Source: Candidatus Poribacteria bacterium (lineage in GTDB: Bacteria; Poribacteria; WGA-4E; WGA-3G). From it: a stretch of DNA of 64,000 nucleotides. Below are positions 9,774 to 19,375 of the stretch, in pieces. The position numbers and the translations under genes were made by a program. The notes beneath the pieces are model-generated. The model was not told the DNA's origin and ran no database searches. It saw nothing but the letters and a program-made list of their open reading frames with translations. Position 1 is the first letter of the stretch; every line of letters begins with the position of its first letter. The stretch is from contig OZ243938.1 in assembly GCA_965214095.1 (NCBI GenBank), positions 3,168,001-3,232,000 of the forward strand, read 5' to 3'.

Positions 9774-10760
9774 CTATTCACTTTCAGGTTTTGTATGGAT
9801 AGCAATTAGAACAAAACAGGTTGTTTGTAGATTTGCTTTGGGAGTTTGGAGTTCTATTGGCGTAGCACTCTTATAACTCCCATCCGGTCCTTGTGCTTTC
9901 GTTAGATAGGAAATGGCAATTCTACGTGTGTTTAGTGGGTCGTTATTCGCAGCGAATGCCATGATAGCAGTAGCAGTAACTTCTGGATCACTCGGTTTGC
10001 CTTTGAACCTACCAAATCCACCATCTTTATTGCGGAATTGTTTTACCAATGCTACTTGTTCATCAAGATCGTAATCAGGGGACAAACCTAACAACACCCA
10101 AGATGTAACGTATATGTCCGATTGAGTTCCACCAGGGAGATTCCATATATTATCAAAGTTATTCTGTTTAGCAAGCCATTCCATCCCTGTAGGAATAGGT
10201 TTGAAATCCCTCTGTGTGAAACCGAGTTCTTTAAATCCAACGAGTGTAGCTGAAGTATAAAGAATATGTCCAGGTCCTTGGTTTTTACGTCCCCAACTAC
10301 CACTTCGATTCTGTGCGTTCTTTAGCCATTGAAGTCCATTAAATCTCGCTTCCTCATCCGTTTTGGCATTTCTCAGGGCGATAAGCGCGAATGCTGTATG
10401 TGCTGTATTATTATTCCAACTACCATCTTCACGTTGTCTATCTCTGAGGTATCTGACACCACTCCGAATGGCACGAGATCCAGTGCCCCAGCCAGCTTCA
10501 GTCAATGCCCAGATAGCGAGAGCCGTGATTTCAACATCACTTTCATCACCCGGTTCCAGAGGCCATCCACCATCTCTGTTCTGATTCTTAACAATATATG
10601 CTCTGGCTTTGTCTATGGTTCTGAAGATTGCAGACTCTCTTGGTATTTTCTTTTGTAAATCAGTGGATTGCGCGGTCACATTGTTGAAACAAAACAAACA
10701 CAACAACATCTGACAACTCATTAAAATGAATAAACTCTTTCTAATTTTCATATCTCTCAC
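9774..10760 (-). CDS. Secreted prenyltransferase/squalene-oxidase repeat protein
   Basis: Repeated QxxDGxW motifs (QNRDGGW, QREDGSW, QNRSGSW, RNKDGGF); signal peptide. Confidence 0.75.
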   Translation of the reverse strand: MRDMKIRKSLFILMSCQMLLCLFCFNNVTAQSTDLQKKIPRESAIFRTIDKARAYIVKNQNRDGGWPLEPGDESDVEITALAIWALTEAGWGTGSRAIRSGVRYLRDRQREDGSWNNNTAHTAFALIALRNAKTDEEARFNGLQWLKNAQNRSGSWGRKNQGPGHILYTSATLVGFKELGFTQRDFKPIPTGMEWLAKQNNFDNIWNLPGGTQSDIYVTSWVLLGLSPDYDLDEQVALVKQFRNKDGGFGRFKGKPSDPEVTATAIMAFAANNDPLNTRRIAISYLTKAQGPDGSYKSATPIELQTPKANLQTTCFVLIAIHTKPESE

Positions 10761-10817
10761 CTATACATATCTTTTTTAGGATGGTCTCAGGTTAACGCAC
10801 TGTGGACAATATCTTTT

Positions 10818-11942
10818 TCAGGATTGTGGTTCAATCACAACTTTGTAGACACCTTCATTACCAAGTATCTCAATCCCTGCTTCTAGTTGATTCAACGGAA
10901 GATGATGCGTAATTAATTCGTGTAAAGGCGTACGTGTTCGTTGTAGAAAATCCAACGCTGTCTGAAATTGGATTTGCGGATATGCCCACACGCCATACAC
11001 ATCAAGGTCTTTATTACATATTTGATGCGGTCTCACTTTGGTATCTCCAGAATCGGTATAGTGTCCAACCTCAATTACCTTCCCACCGCGTCGCACAACA
11101 TCTAACGCTTCTGAGAAAACGGCAGGTATCCCTGCACACTCAATCGCAATGTCTACACCAACGCCACTTGTGAGAGATTGGATCTGTTCAACCCGTTCAT
11201 CAGGTTCTGTATCACCGACATTAATGGTCACATCTGCCCCCATCTGCTGTGCCATTTCTAAACGGCTATCAACAAGATCAGTAGCAATGATTGTTCCCGC
11301 ACCACTATCTCTCAAAACAGCAATGACAAGAAGACCGATCGGACCACACCCCAATACAGCGACACTGCTGCCAATACTATATCCATCACCGACTTGTGGT
11401 AAACCGGGTGCACAAGCGCGTTCTACGGCACGCGTGGCAACGGCGACAGGTTCTGTCAGCACAGCAATTTCCTCTGGAATCTCATCAGGTATTTTGTAGA
11501 CCCAAGAGTTGCCATGTATATAAGTATATTCAGAGAATTCACCTGTCAGATATGGTGGAGATTCACTATTGCTAAATCCATAAATAGTTCGTCCAGAACA
11601 TAACGTCGGACGACCCGGTACATGCAAACAGTAGTAACATCTACCACAGTTTTTAGATCCAGGCACCACAGTGATACGGTCTCCTTCTTTGATAGGACCA
11701 CCCATCACATTCATGACTTGATTAGCTTCCGCTCCGATCTCTGCGACAGTGCCAACAACTTCATGTCCTGGGATAACAGGAAATTTCAGGGCAGTATGTC
11801 CAAGATACATGTGTTTATCACTACCGCAAATGCCGACCTTGTCTACTTGTAGCAGAAGTGAATCGTTTGCTGGTGAGGGTTTGTCAAATTCGCGGATTTC
11901 TATCTGCCCCGGTTGGAGCATCACCGCTGCTTGAACTGGCAT
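10818..11942 (-). CDS. Zinc-dependent medium-chain alcohol dehydrogenase
   Basis: GICGSD, GHE, CxxCxxC...C structural Zn site, GCGPIG. Confidence 0.9.
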   Translation of the reverse strand: MPVQAAVMLQPGQIEIREFDKPSPANDSLLLQVDKVGICGSDKHMYLGHTALKFPVIPGHEVVGTVAEIGAEANQVMNVMGGPIKEGDRITVVPGSKNCGRCYYCLHVPGRPTLCSGRTIYGFSNSESPPYLTGEFSEYTYIHGNSWVYKIPDEIPEEIAVLTEPVAVATRAVERACAPGLPQVGDGYSIGSSVAVLGCGPIGLLVIAVLRDSGAGTIIATDLVDSRLEMAQQMGADVTINVGDTEPDERVEQIQSLTSGVGVDIAIECAGIPAVFSEALDVVRRGGKVIEVGHYTDSGDTKVRPHQICNKDLDVYGVWAYPQIQFQTALDFLQRTRTPLHELITHHLPLNQLEAGIEILGNEGVYKVVIEPQS

Positions 11943-11964
11943 AGTCTGTGTTCCTTTTTTCTAT

Positions 11965-12101
11965 TATAGTCAAATGTAAAAATACGTGCACACTCCCGGT
12001 AGATGCGGTTTCCTAACCGCATCTATGACACTGAACAAACACCGGTTCGGTTAGGAAACCGAACCTACCGTAGTGTGTAAATAATTATGGTTCTTACTAT
12101 A
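11965..12101. mobile_element. TA-flanked MITE (about 137 bp) carrying two REP hairpins
   Basis: TATAGT...ACTATA ends; near-identical inverted copy at 33040-33177. Confidence 0.75.
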
Positions 12102-12115
12102 TTTGCTATCTCTAT

Positions 12116-13273
12116 TCATCGTGTCCAGAGTGGAATCAATACCTTCGTCAATTGTGCTAAACTTTCCAAATTATGTGCTGGCAGGAAATAGTCTACATAA
12201 GGTAGAGCAGTGCGGATGCCCCGACAAATTGGTTGATAGGTGTCGCTACCCAGCAACGGATTGAGCCATATAAGTTTATGTGCATGCCGTTGCAGCATCT
12301 CCATAGAGTGTCGGAGCAAGTCTGTATCTCCTCTATCCCAACCATCGCTAATTAGAATCACAACTGACCGATAAGCCGAAAAAGAAGGGGCAAACTGACG
12401 ACAAAACGCTAATAGACTTTCACCAATTTTTGTCCCACCTGACCAGTCCGGCACAGTGTTCGCAACTTCATTCAAACCTTCTGCTAATCCCTTACGTCGT
12501 AGCAATCCTGTAATGTTCGTCATAAGTGTGCTGAAAACCGCTACTTCTACCTCTCGCAATTCCTGTTGCATACCGTAGATAAACTGGATAAGGAATTTGG
12601 AATAGCAATCCATCGACCCACTGACATCACATAGCAGCAAAATCTTTGTCTTTTTTATCTTCTGTTGTTTCCGCATAAGTTCAATCGGTTCACCACCGTG
12701 TGCAAGACTCTTTCGCCAACTTCTACGAAAGTCAATCGTTCTTCCTCTTTTGCTAACTATCTTTCTTCTACTCAGTCTTGTAGCCAACACCGATGCCAAC
12801 TTCGCTACTATATGTCGCGCCCGTTCCATATCCTCTTCTGTAAACTCACTGAAATCCTTTTGCGTCAACACCTCTTCAACACTATAGGCAATCGGATCAT
12901 CTTCTTCTCCGTCTACATCTTCATCTTCCTCATAATCCATCCATTGATCAAGGATGTTCTCTTCATCTTCTGCATCAGAAAGGTCTTGTAAAGCAGACGG
13001 TTCAGGTTCTTCTCCACCCGTATCAACGGCTTCAAATTCAGGTCTTGGATATCGCCAAAAAAGGTTAAATGCAGTGTCAAATGTCTCTCGATCACTTTGA
13101 TTGGCAATAAGGTTTGTCCTTGCTGTGTGATAAAACGTATCTCGATCACTAATGTCTATCAACTGAACACTGTTACACCAACTGAGTTGATTAGTTGTGG
13201 TGACTTTTACATCCATCTGTCGGAGTAATCTACAGAAGTCGTTGATCTGTTGGAGTAGTGTTTGTTCAGTCAT
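12116..13273 (-). CDS. VWA-domain CoxE-like protein
   Basis: DVSGSM MIDAS motif, WSGGTKIG, ISDGWDRG, WLNPL. Confidence 0.88.
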   Translation of the reverse strand: MTEQTLLQQINDFCRLLRQMDVKVTTTNQLSWCNSVQLIDISDRDTFYHTARTNLIANQSDRETFDTAFNLFWRYPRPEFEAVDTGGEEPEPSALQDLSDAEDEENILDQWMDYEEDEDVDGEEDDPIAYSVEEVLTQKDFSEFTEEDMERARHIVAKLASVLATRLSRRKIVSKRGRTIDFRRSWRKSLAHGGEPIELMRKQQKIKKTKILLLCDVSGSMDCYSKFLIQFIYGMQQELREVEVAVFSTLMTNITGLLRRKGLAEGLNEVANTVPDWSGGTKIGESLLAFCRQFAPSFSAYRSVVILISDGWDRGDTDLLRHSMEMLQRHAHKLIWLNPLLGSDTYQPICRGIRTALPYVDYFLPAHNLESLAQLTKVLIPLWTR

Positions 13274-14159
13274 TTTCTTTCTTTAGGAATTCAATGAAAG
13301 TGTCCAGTTCTTTTGATATTTTGTTATATATCATTTCAATCTGTATAGCAATTTTCTCAGTTTTATCGTAGACTAGTCTTTGTTCGTAGATATGATTGTA
13401 TACATGACGAAATTCTAATAGTTCCTGTAAAGGTTCTAAAGTTTCATGGGAAATCACAGCCTGTCTGTCAGCATAGGGTTCAGCCATTTGCATAAGCAAT
13501 TCTTTGTGCCATCTACTCCCATCAGGAGTGGATAAGTCAACGTCAAGTGCGATCTGATTGAAAATTGTTTCAATACCCCGATAACAGTCAACGAGATTTT
13601 TTGCAATCGCCATTTCTATTTCTTCCTCGTATTCAATCGGCGCATCCTTTATCTTTTCCAACCTTTTTAAGATTTTTTCAATAGATTCCTCAATCAAACC
13701 GCGTTCATCTGAAATACGTTGTATAAGGTCACTTCTATTCACCCTATAGACTACTCCTTTTTTAATCGGTGCCAGTTGTTTCTGTATTCTCTCACGAAAT
13801 ATTCCTTTACACTTTTCATATTCAACTAAGTCAACCTTAAACAATCCACTGATGTCAGAAGCTCTTGACGATGCTCGGAAATACATTTCACTCGGAATTC
13901 CCCATACAGCAATATCAATATCTGACCATTTTGCAAACGATTTCTGTTGTGCAAGCGACCCAAACACTGCGACTTGCGAGGCACCGAAATCTTCATAAAG
14001 CATCGCTGCTATTTTGTGTGCGGTATGCCACGCACGTTGTAACAATGCCTCATCAACCTTGCGATTTTGCAAGTGCTTGTCAAGACGTTTGCTGTATTTT
14101 TCCAATTCTTCTGGTGATAGGTCTTTTGTGGTGCGATAGGTGTCTGTGGGTTGGTGCAT
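13266..14159 (-). CDS. MNT nucleotidyltransferase-HEPN (MntA-HepT-like) fusion, copy 1
   Basis: VFGSLA...SDID and VDLV; WHKELL; HEPN motif FRHVYNHIY (RX4HXY). Confidence 0.85.
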   Translation of the reverse strand: MHQPTDTYRTTKDLSPEELEKYSKRLDKHLQNRKVDEALLQRAWHTAHKIAAMLYEDFGASQVAVFGSLAQQKSFAKWSDIDIAVWGIPSEMYFRASSRASDISGLFKVDLVEYEKCKGIFRERIQKQLAPIKKGVVYRVNRSDLIQRISDERGLIEESIEKILKRLEKIKDAPIEYEEEIEMAIAKNLVDCYRGIETIFNQIALDVDLSTPDGSRWHKELLMQMAEPYADRQAVISHETLEPLQELLEFRHVYNHIYEQRLVYDKTEKIAIQIEMIYNKISKELDTFIEFLKKEND

Positions 14160-14287
14160 ATCACTACCTCCTTAGGGAATAGGATAGCATGTTATTGCTT
14201 TGAATGCAAGGGGAGAAATACTGCAAATATAATAACCCGAATTGCTATCTATTACAAAAGTTGTTGACCTGCTGGAGTAGTGTTTGT

Positions 14288-15229
14288 TCAGTCATTTTCT
14301 TGTTTCCTTAGGAATGCTATGAAAACATCTAATTCTTTAGAGAGATTCGGAAACAATTCGTTTACCAGAGTAGCATTTATCAACATTTTTTCGTAATCCA
14401 GTTCCTTTCCGTAGATATATAAGAAAACGTGACGAAATCCGAGAAGTTTTTTTAGCTCTAAATAAGTTTCTTGAGAAAGCACAGGTGCGCGTATTGTATT
14501 TGATTCTGACATTTGTTGTAGGAGCTCTTTATGCCACTGTTCTCCCTTAGGCACTACCTTGTCTACATCATGAGCGATTTGCTCAAAGATGTTTTCCAAT
14601 TGCTTATAAAAATCGTAGAGATATCTGGAAATCTCAACTTCTATGCTGCGTCTATATCGATCAGGTGCGTCCTTGAGGTTTTGTAATGCGTGGTCAATGA
14701 GTTGAACTGCCTCTTTTACGTTTGTAAATCCATCAGAAATACGTTGTATTAATTCTGTTTTAGCCAATGTGTTTGTTCCCTTTCTCTTTATAGCTATTTG
14801 AGATTTTATAAGTACTTCTGTTTTGTCTTTCTGAATTAGAATCGCCTGCTTTTCAATCCGTTCAAGAAACAGTCCTTTGCAATTCTCATATTTAACCAAA
14901 TCAATTTTAAATTTCTCGCTGAAACCGATCGTTTCCGAGACTGCACTCAAATATTGGTCAGGTGAAAGTCCCCAAACAACTATATCAATATCTGACCGTT
15001 CTGAGAACCAATTTTGTTGTGCAAGCGACCCAAACACTGCGACTTGCGATGCCCCGAAATCGTCATAAAGCATCGCTGCTATTTTGTGTGCGGTATGCCA
15101 CGCACGTTGTAGCAATGCCTCATCAACCTTGCGATTTTGCAAGTGCAGGTCAAGACGTTTGCTGTATTTTTCCAATTCTTCTGGTGATAGATCCTTTGTA
15201 GTGCGATGCGTGTCTGTGGGTTGGTGCAT
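14288..15229 (-). CDS. MNT-HEPN fusion, copy 2 (HEPN His replaced)
   Basis: First ~72 aa nearly identical to copy 1; HEPN motif reads FRHVFLYIY. Confidence 0.85.
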   Translation of the reverse strand: MHQPTDTHRTTKDLSPEELEKYSKRLDLHLQNRKVDEALLQRAWHTAHKIAAMLYDDFGASQVAVFGSLAQQNWFSERSDIDIVVWGLSPDQYLSAVSETIGFSEKFKIDLVKYENCKGLFLERIEKQAILIQKDKTEVLIKSQIAIKRKGTNTLAKTELIQRISDGFTNVKEAVQLIDHALQNLKDAPDRYRRSIEVEISRYLYDFYKQLENIFEQIAHDVDKVVPKGEQWHKELLQQMSESNTIRAPVLSQETYLELKKLLGFRHVFLYIYGKELDYEKMLINATLVNELFPNLSKELDVFIAFLRKQEND

Positions 15230-15394
15230 ATCACTATCTCCTTAGGGAATAGGATAGCATGTTATTGCTTTGAATGCAAGGAGAGAAATACTGCGAATAT
15301 AATAACCCGAATTGCTATCTATTACAAAAGTCGTTGACCTGCTGGAGTAGTGTTTGTTCAGTCATTTTCTTGTTTCCTTAGGAATGCTATGAAA

Positions 15395-15908
15395 ACAGCC
15401 GCACATTATCGCGCATTTCGACAATTTTTGAAACGGGATTGGGATTTTACAACACGACAATTTCGTCCACCGCCTGACCCAATTAACGCTATGCTTTCAC
15501 TCGGTTACACACTCCTACACAACCATGTGTACGCATTCATCAACGTCGTTGGATTAGACCCATACTGTGGTTATTTTCACCAACCCAGACACGGACATGC
15601 CGCATTAGCCTCCGATCTCATGGAGGAATTCCGTCAAATTATTGTGGATGGATATGTCCTCACACTTGTGAACAAGAACAGAATACGACCAGAGTTTTGA
15701 GCATACGAAAAAAGGTATCCGTTTCACTAAGGAAGCTTTAGATCGATTCCTCGTTGGATACTATGGACGGATGCAACAGACGTTTCAACATCCAATACGC
15801 AATGAGAAAACAACCTACCTTCGTTCCATTGAACTTCAGGTTAGACATTTAGCACGCGTAATAACAGCGAAAGACGCGGAATATAAACCTTTTCTCGTTC
15901 GATCTTAA
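15395..15908 (+). pseudogene. cas1: cas1 fragment, 5'-truncated and frameshifted
   Basis: RPPPDPINAMLSLGYTLL, GLDPYCGYFH, LASDLMEEFR. Stop at 15700; homology continues in another frame (FEHTKKGIRF...IELQVRHLAR...YKPF*) to 15908. Confidence 0.85.
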
Positions 15909-15930
15909 AAAATTTCTCACTATAGCAGTA

Positions 15931-15964
15931 AAAAGATGGAAGGGTATCTACCCTTCCATCTTTT
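15931..15964 (+). terminator. Intrinsic terminator after cas1
   Basis: AAAAGATGGAAGGGTA-TC-TACCCTTCCATCTTTT followed by a T-rich tract. Confidence 0.7.
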
Positions 15965-16141
15965 CTTTTATATGCTGACAACTTTAGGGTGTGCCCAGTT
16001 TTTGGCACTGCACGTAGGGACGGGGTCTCCCTATTCCGCAAGCGGAGTGAATCTCCCCATCATGGCAATCCTCATCAAAAACCGCTTGTCCTATTTATCC
16101 TGTCCATCCTGGTTCAGACAAAAATTAGACGAAAAACAGAA

Positions 16142-16410
16142 GGGTGTGTAAAGTTCTTGGCAAAACAGCAATTATTCAACGATTGAATACCTCTGCGTAT
16201 GTCATGAATGTTTGCATTAATTGCATTAATTTCTATTATAATTTGGATTTATTTATGAAAAAACCTTCGCGAAAAAATAGAGTTAGCTTCAGTCATAATA
16301 AGAGATTATCAATGAGCTGGGTGTATTTCTGAGACTGAAAGAATGCGGGGCACGGAGACTCCGCAAGACAATGGTTGGTGAGAACTTAGTGCCAAAAACT
16401 TTACACACCC
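16142..16410. mobile_element. MITE with 21-bp TIRs and 9-bp target duplication (IS256/Mutator-like ends)
   Basis: TIR GGGTGTGTAAAGTTYTTGGCA; AAAACAGAA at both 16133-16141 and 16411-16419. Confidence 0.8.
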
Positions 16411-16426
16411 AAAACAGAAAAACTTC

Positions 16427-16695
16427 TTGACAATCATTACATAATAATGTATACTGTTACCGATTATCCCAAACACGATTTGCAGAATGCGTATTGAGTC
16501 GTGTAGAATTGCTGATAAACATAGACACAGACTGAGGTCAGACGACATGCCCTCATAATTTTATGTTTGGTTCAGTGTTCATGCGGGTTTAGAGGCAATT
16601 TGACGAAATTTGGGTGGTTGAAATTGTGCTAAAAATTGGATTGTTTGGAATCGGGCAATTTAGCCCGCTCTGTGACTGGGTTCGCAAGGGGTGCT
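16427..16695 (+). promoter_or_regulatory. CRISPR promoter and leader
   Basis: TTGACA-17 bp-TATACT at 16427-16455; leader abuts repeat 1; homologous leader at 21064-21188. Confidence 0.8.
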
Positions 16696-17837
16696 GTTCG
16701 GAAAGTCCTTCCCGTTTGAAGGGAATTGAAACAATTACCTCGTTGTATAACTAAACTAAAATCTGCGTTCGGAAAGACCTTCCCGTTTGAAGGGAATTGA
16801 AACAATGTAGCGTCAAGAGGCGGGGTAATGGCCAACTGAGTTCGGAAAGACCTTCCCGTTTGAAGGGAATTGAAACTCTTCCGCGAATGGGAAGTCATCG
16901 TCTGCTGTTGCACCGTTCGGAAAGACCTTCCCGTTTGAAGGGAATTGAAACGTGAATACCGCTTGGATACTTTTGAAATTACCAGCTGTGTTCTGAAAGT
17001 CCTTCCCGTTTGAAGGGAATTGAAACTAATAGTGATGGTAACACTGTCACTCTCAATTTCGGTTCGGAAAGTCCTTCCCGTTTGAAGGGAATTGAAACTC
17101 AAACAATTCTTTCAAATTCTTTTCAGCCCGTTTTAGTTCGGAAAGTCCTTCCCGTTTGAAGGGAATTGAAACTATAACGCTCGTCCATTTCTATCTTGGC
17201 TTCACGCTGTTCGGAAAGACCTTCCCGTTTGAAGGGAATTGAAACAAGAGAAGAGGTTGATGTGAACGAGCAGCAGTCTCATGCGTTCGGAAAGACCTTC
17301 CCGTTTGAAGGGAATTGAAACTGAAACAACGTTTAACAATGCCGCGACTTAAACACGTTCGGAAAGACCTTCCCGTTTGAAGGGAATTGAAACTCAAAAG
17401 CCCATTCACGTGTTTCATCGGTAAGTGCGTTCGGAAAGACCTTCCCGTTTGAAGGGAATTGAAACAAACTAAACTGCACCGACACTGCGTCGTTGCTCAT
17501 ATTGTTCGGAAAGACCTTCCCGTTTGAAGGGAATTGAAACTCGGGTCGAGTGTGATTCTCTCAGGAATTCTCCGTTGTTCGGAAAGACCTTCCCGTTTGA
17601 AGGGAATTGAAACTTTACTTCAAAAGTCTGTTCAGGAAACCCATAAAGGTTCGGAAAGACCTTCCCGTTTGAAGGGAATTGAAACGATAGATTGTAGTAA
17701 TTGTTAAACTTTATACTAATTGAGTTCGGAAAGACCTTCCCGTTTGAAGGGAATTGAAACTTTGACAGATTTTCTTGATACTTTCTTCTGCCCAAATATT
17801 GTTCGGAAAGACCTTCCCGTTTGAAGGGAATTAAGTG
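16696..17837 (+). CRISPR. CRISPR array, 16 repeats of 37 bp, 15 spacers of about 34-40 bp
   Basis: Repeat GTTCGGAAAG(A/T)CCTTCCCGTTTGAAGGGAATTGAAAC. The ATTGAAAC 3' end and the degenerate last repeat (17801) give + orientation. Confidence 0.98.
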
Positions 17838-17895
17838 GGCAGTGAATCGTGCGAATATAAACGTTGACATTCACGAATCCACGAGTCATGCAATG

Positions 17896-17928
17896 AAAAA
17901 AGGCGCGCTTCCAAAGCGCGCCTTTTTT
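17896..17928. terminator. Bidirectional terminator between the array and cas2
   Basis: AAAAAAGGCGCGCTT-CCA-AAGCGCGCCTTTTTT. Confidence 0.85.
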
Positions 17929-17977
17929 GTTATTGATGTTGTTCTTAAGTATACAAATCTGATATTCGGATTACATA

Positions 17978-18253
17978 TCAAACGATAATTGTATTCGGTT
18001 CCGGTGTTACGTCCCCGACAGCAGGCACTTCAATTCGTTCGGCACAAGTATTACAGATCGGGTAGTAGCGTACTGAATCTTCTGAAGACTCAATAATATC
18101 CGCAATAGCATGTTTTAATTCCTCATATTGTTTTCGGTTCAGATGTGCTTCAAACACGCTGTATTGAACTCGTTTGCCGTATCCTTTAAGTGCTTTCGCA
18201 AGTTGATTACGTCTTTGATTGTCTGGAATATCATAAGAAATGACATAAAACAC
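17978..18253 (-). CDS. cas2: Cas2
   Basis: YVISYDI, RVQYSVFE, DSVRYYPIC. Confidence 0.95.
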   Translation of the reverse strand: MFYVISYDIPDNQRRNQLAKALKGYGKRVQYSVFEAHLNRKQYEELKHAIADIIESSEDSVRYYPICNTCAERIEVPAVGDVTPEPNTIIV

Positions 18254-18293
18254 AAAAATCCCTCCATTTATTATGTGCTGCTCGTCTAACCAC

Positions 18294-19256
18294 TTACGTA
18301 GAAGTCAGATGGTATTGTCCATATCCGAATGCTGTGTGATGTCCGATGTGCGTATACTCGCCAAGATAGATGAACGGTAAAAACGGCTCCAACTCCCCTG
18401 AATAACGAACTTTCCCGATAAACCCATCCATCGGAATAGAACTCTCCGCACGATAAGAATACCGGTTGGACTTGAGCCAATGGAAACGGGATTCGTGTGT
18501 AATAACCCGTGCAGCATCAATCAACGCATGCGCGTCCACATCTAAATCCTCACCACAATGAAAATAGCTCAAAAATCGGATACGCCGGAGTAGGTTACGA
18601 ATGAGGTGTTCAAATGTCAACTCGTTCGTCCATTTTCCATCCACCTTAATGCTGGTTGGGGTGAGAAACTCCAATTCCATCGTATCGGTAATAGTGAGGA
18701 CGTTATGCATCACATCGTCAAGGTTAAGTATAATTCCTTCATCGGTTAGCATCTCGGTTTCTGCGGTGTATATCGTCTGCGGTGATCGTTTTTGATGTGC
18801 AGGTAGGCTTTCCACTGTGTCCAGTTGACACTGCCCGCGTGCGCCTCGGAGTCCAATGCGCCGTTTCCCCATCTCATGAAAGGTCAGCACAATCCATGGC
18901 AACAGGTCAATCGCCTCTCCGATGAGCGTGATATTACAAGTAAAGGTATCTTCAAGGGCATATTCCTTCTTAGATGTATGGGGTGGTTGTAGGATGAAGG
19001 GATGGGGTGCAAAGGGTTGTCCTCGTAACATCGGACTATCTTTCGGAACAGGCGTTTCAAAGCATTTTGAGTAGACGCATCGGTCTGCGTATTGACACTT
19101 TTTTTCGCACTCTCCTGCTTCACCGATGCAGGCGATGTGACGGAGCAGATATCCGAACCGTCCGCGAAAGATGTTGCCTTTGTATGTCGGCATCTTCAGC
19201 GGTTCTTGGACGGTGAAGGTGAGGCGGTAGCGTGCGAAACGGAAGTTTTGGAGCAT
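18294..19256 (-). CDS. cas6: Cas6 crRNA-processing endoribonuclease
   Basis: FRGRFG, Cys cluster, PHPFIL, FLTPT, G-rich loop HIGHHTAFGYG. Confidence 0.92.
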   Translation of the reverse strand: MLQNFRFARYRLTFTVQEPLKMPTYKGNIFRGRFGYLLRHIACIGEAGECEKKCQYADRCVYSKCFETPVPKDSPMLRGQPFAPHPFILQPPHTSKKEYALEDTFTCNITLIGEAIDLLPWIVLTFHEMGKRRIGLRGARGQCQLDTVESLPAHQKRSPQTIYTAETEMLTDEGIILNLDDVMHNVLTITDTMELEFLTPTSIKVDGKWTNELTFEHLIRNLLRRIRFLSYFHCGEDLDVDAHALIDAARVITHESRFHWLKSNRYSYRAESSIPMDGFIGKVRYSGELEPFLPFIYLGEYTHIGHHTAFGYGQYHLTST

Positions 19257-19333
19257 TGTCAAACGTTTTGCCCGTTAAATCTATATTAGGACTCAATGTG
19301 TTCTGCATTTTTCAAGTTAGGTGATATATTTCA

Positions 19334-19369
19334 CTATCAATGCAAAAGCGAATGCAGGACACTCTGAAT
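19334..19369 (-). repeat. Degenerate CRISPR-repeat-like sequence (psi-R2)
   Basis: ATTCAGAGTGTCCTGCATTCGCTTTTGCATTGATAG: 10/14 match to the repeat 5' end, a hairpin in the equivalent place, 3' ATTGATAG versus ATTGAAAC. Confidence 0.45.
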
Positions 19370-19375
19370 ACCATA

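Noticed and set aside
9774-10760. Squalene-hopene or oxidosqualene cyclase
   Set aside because: Too short, has a signal peptide, and lacks a DxDD/DCTAE catalytic motif; only the QW-like repeats are shared.
15350-15700. 116-aa ORF as a functional small Cas1
   Set aside because: Its N-terminus is the antisense of the MNT-HEPN remnant; the rest is a truncated, frameshifted cas1.
16733-17800. Self-targeting spacers within the window
   Set aside because: No convincing match found by eye; a proper alignment is needed to exclude it.
16629-17870. ORFs of 157, 75 and 133 aa on the minus strand
   Set aside because: They are translations of CRISPR repeats (recurring SFNSLQTGR / FQFPSNGK).
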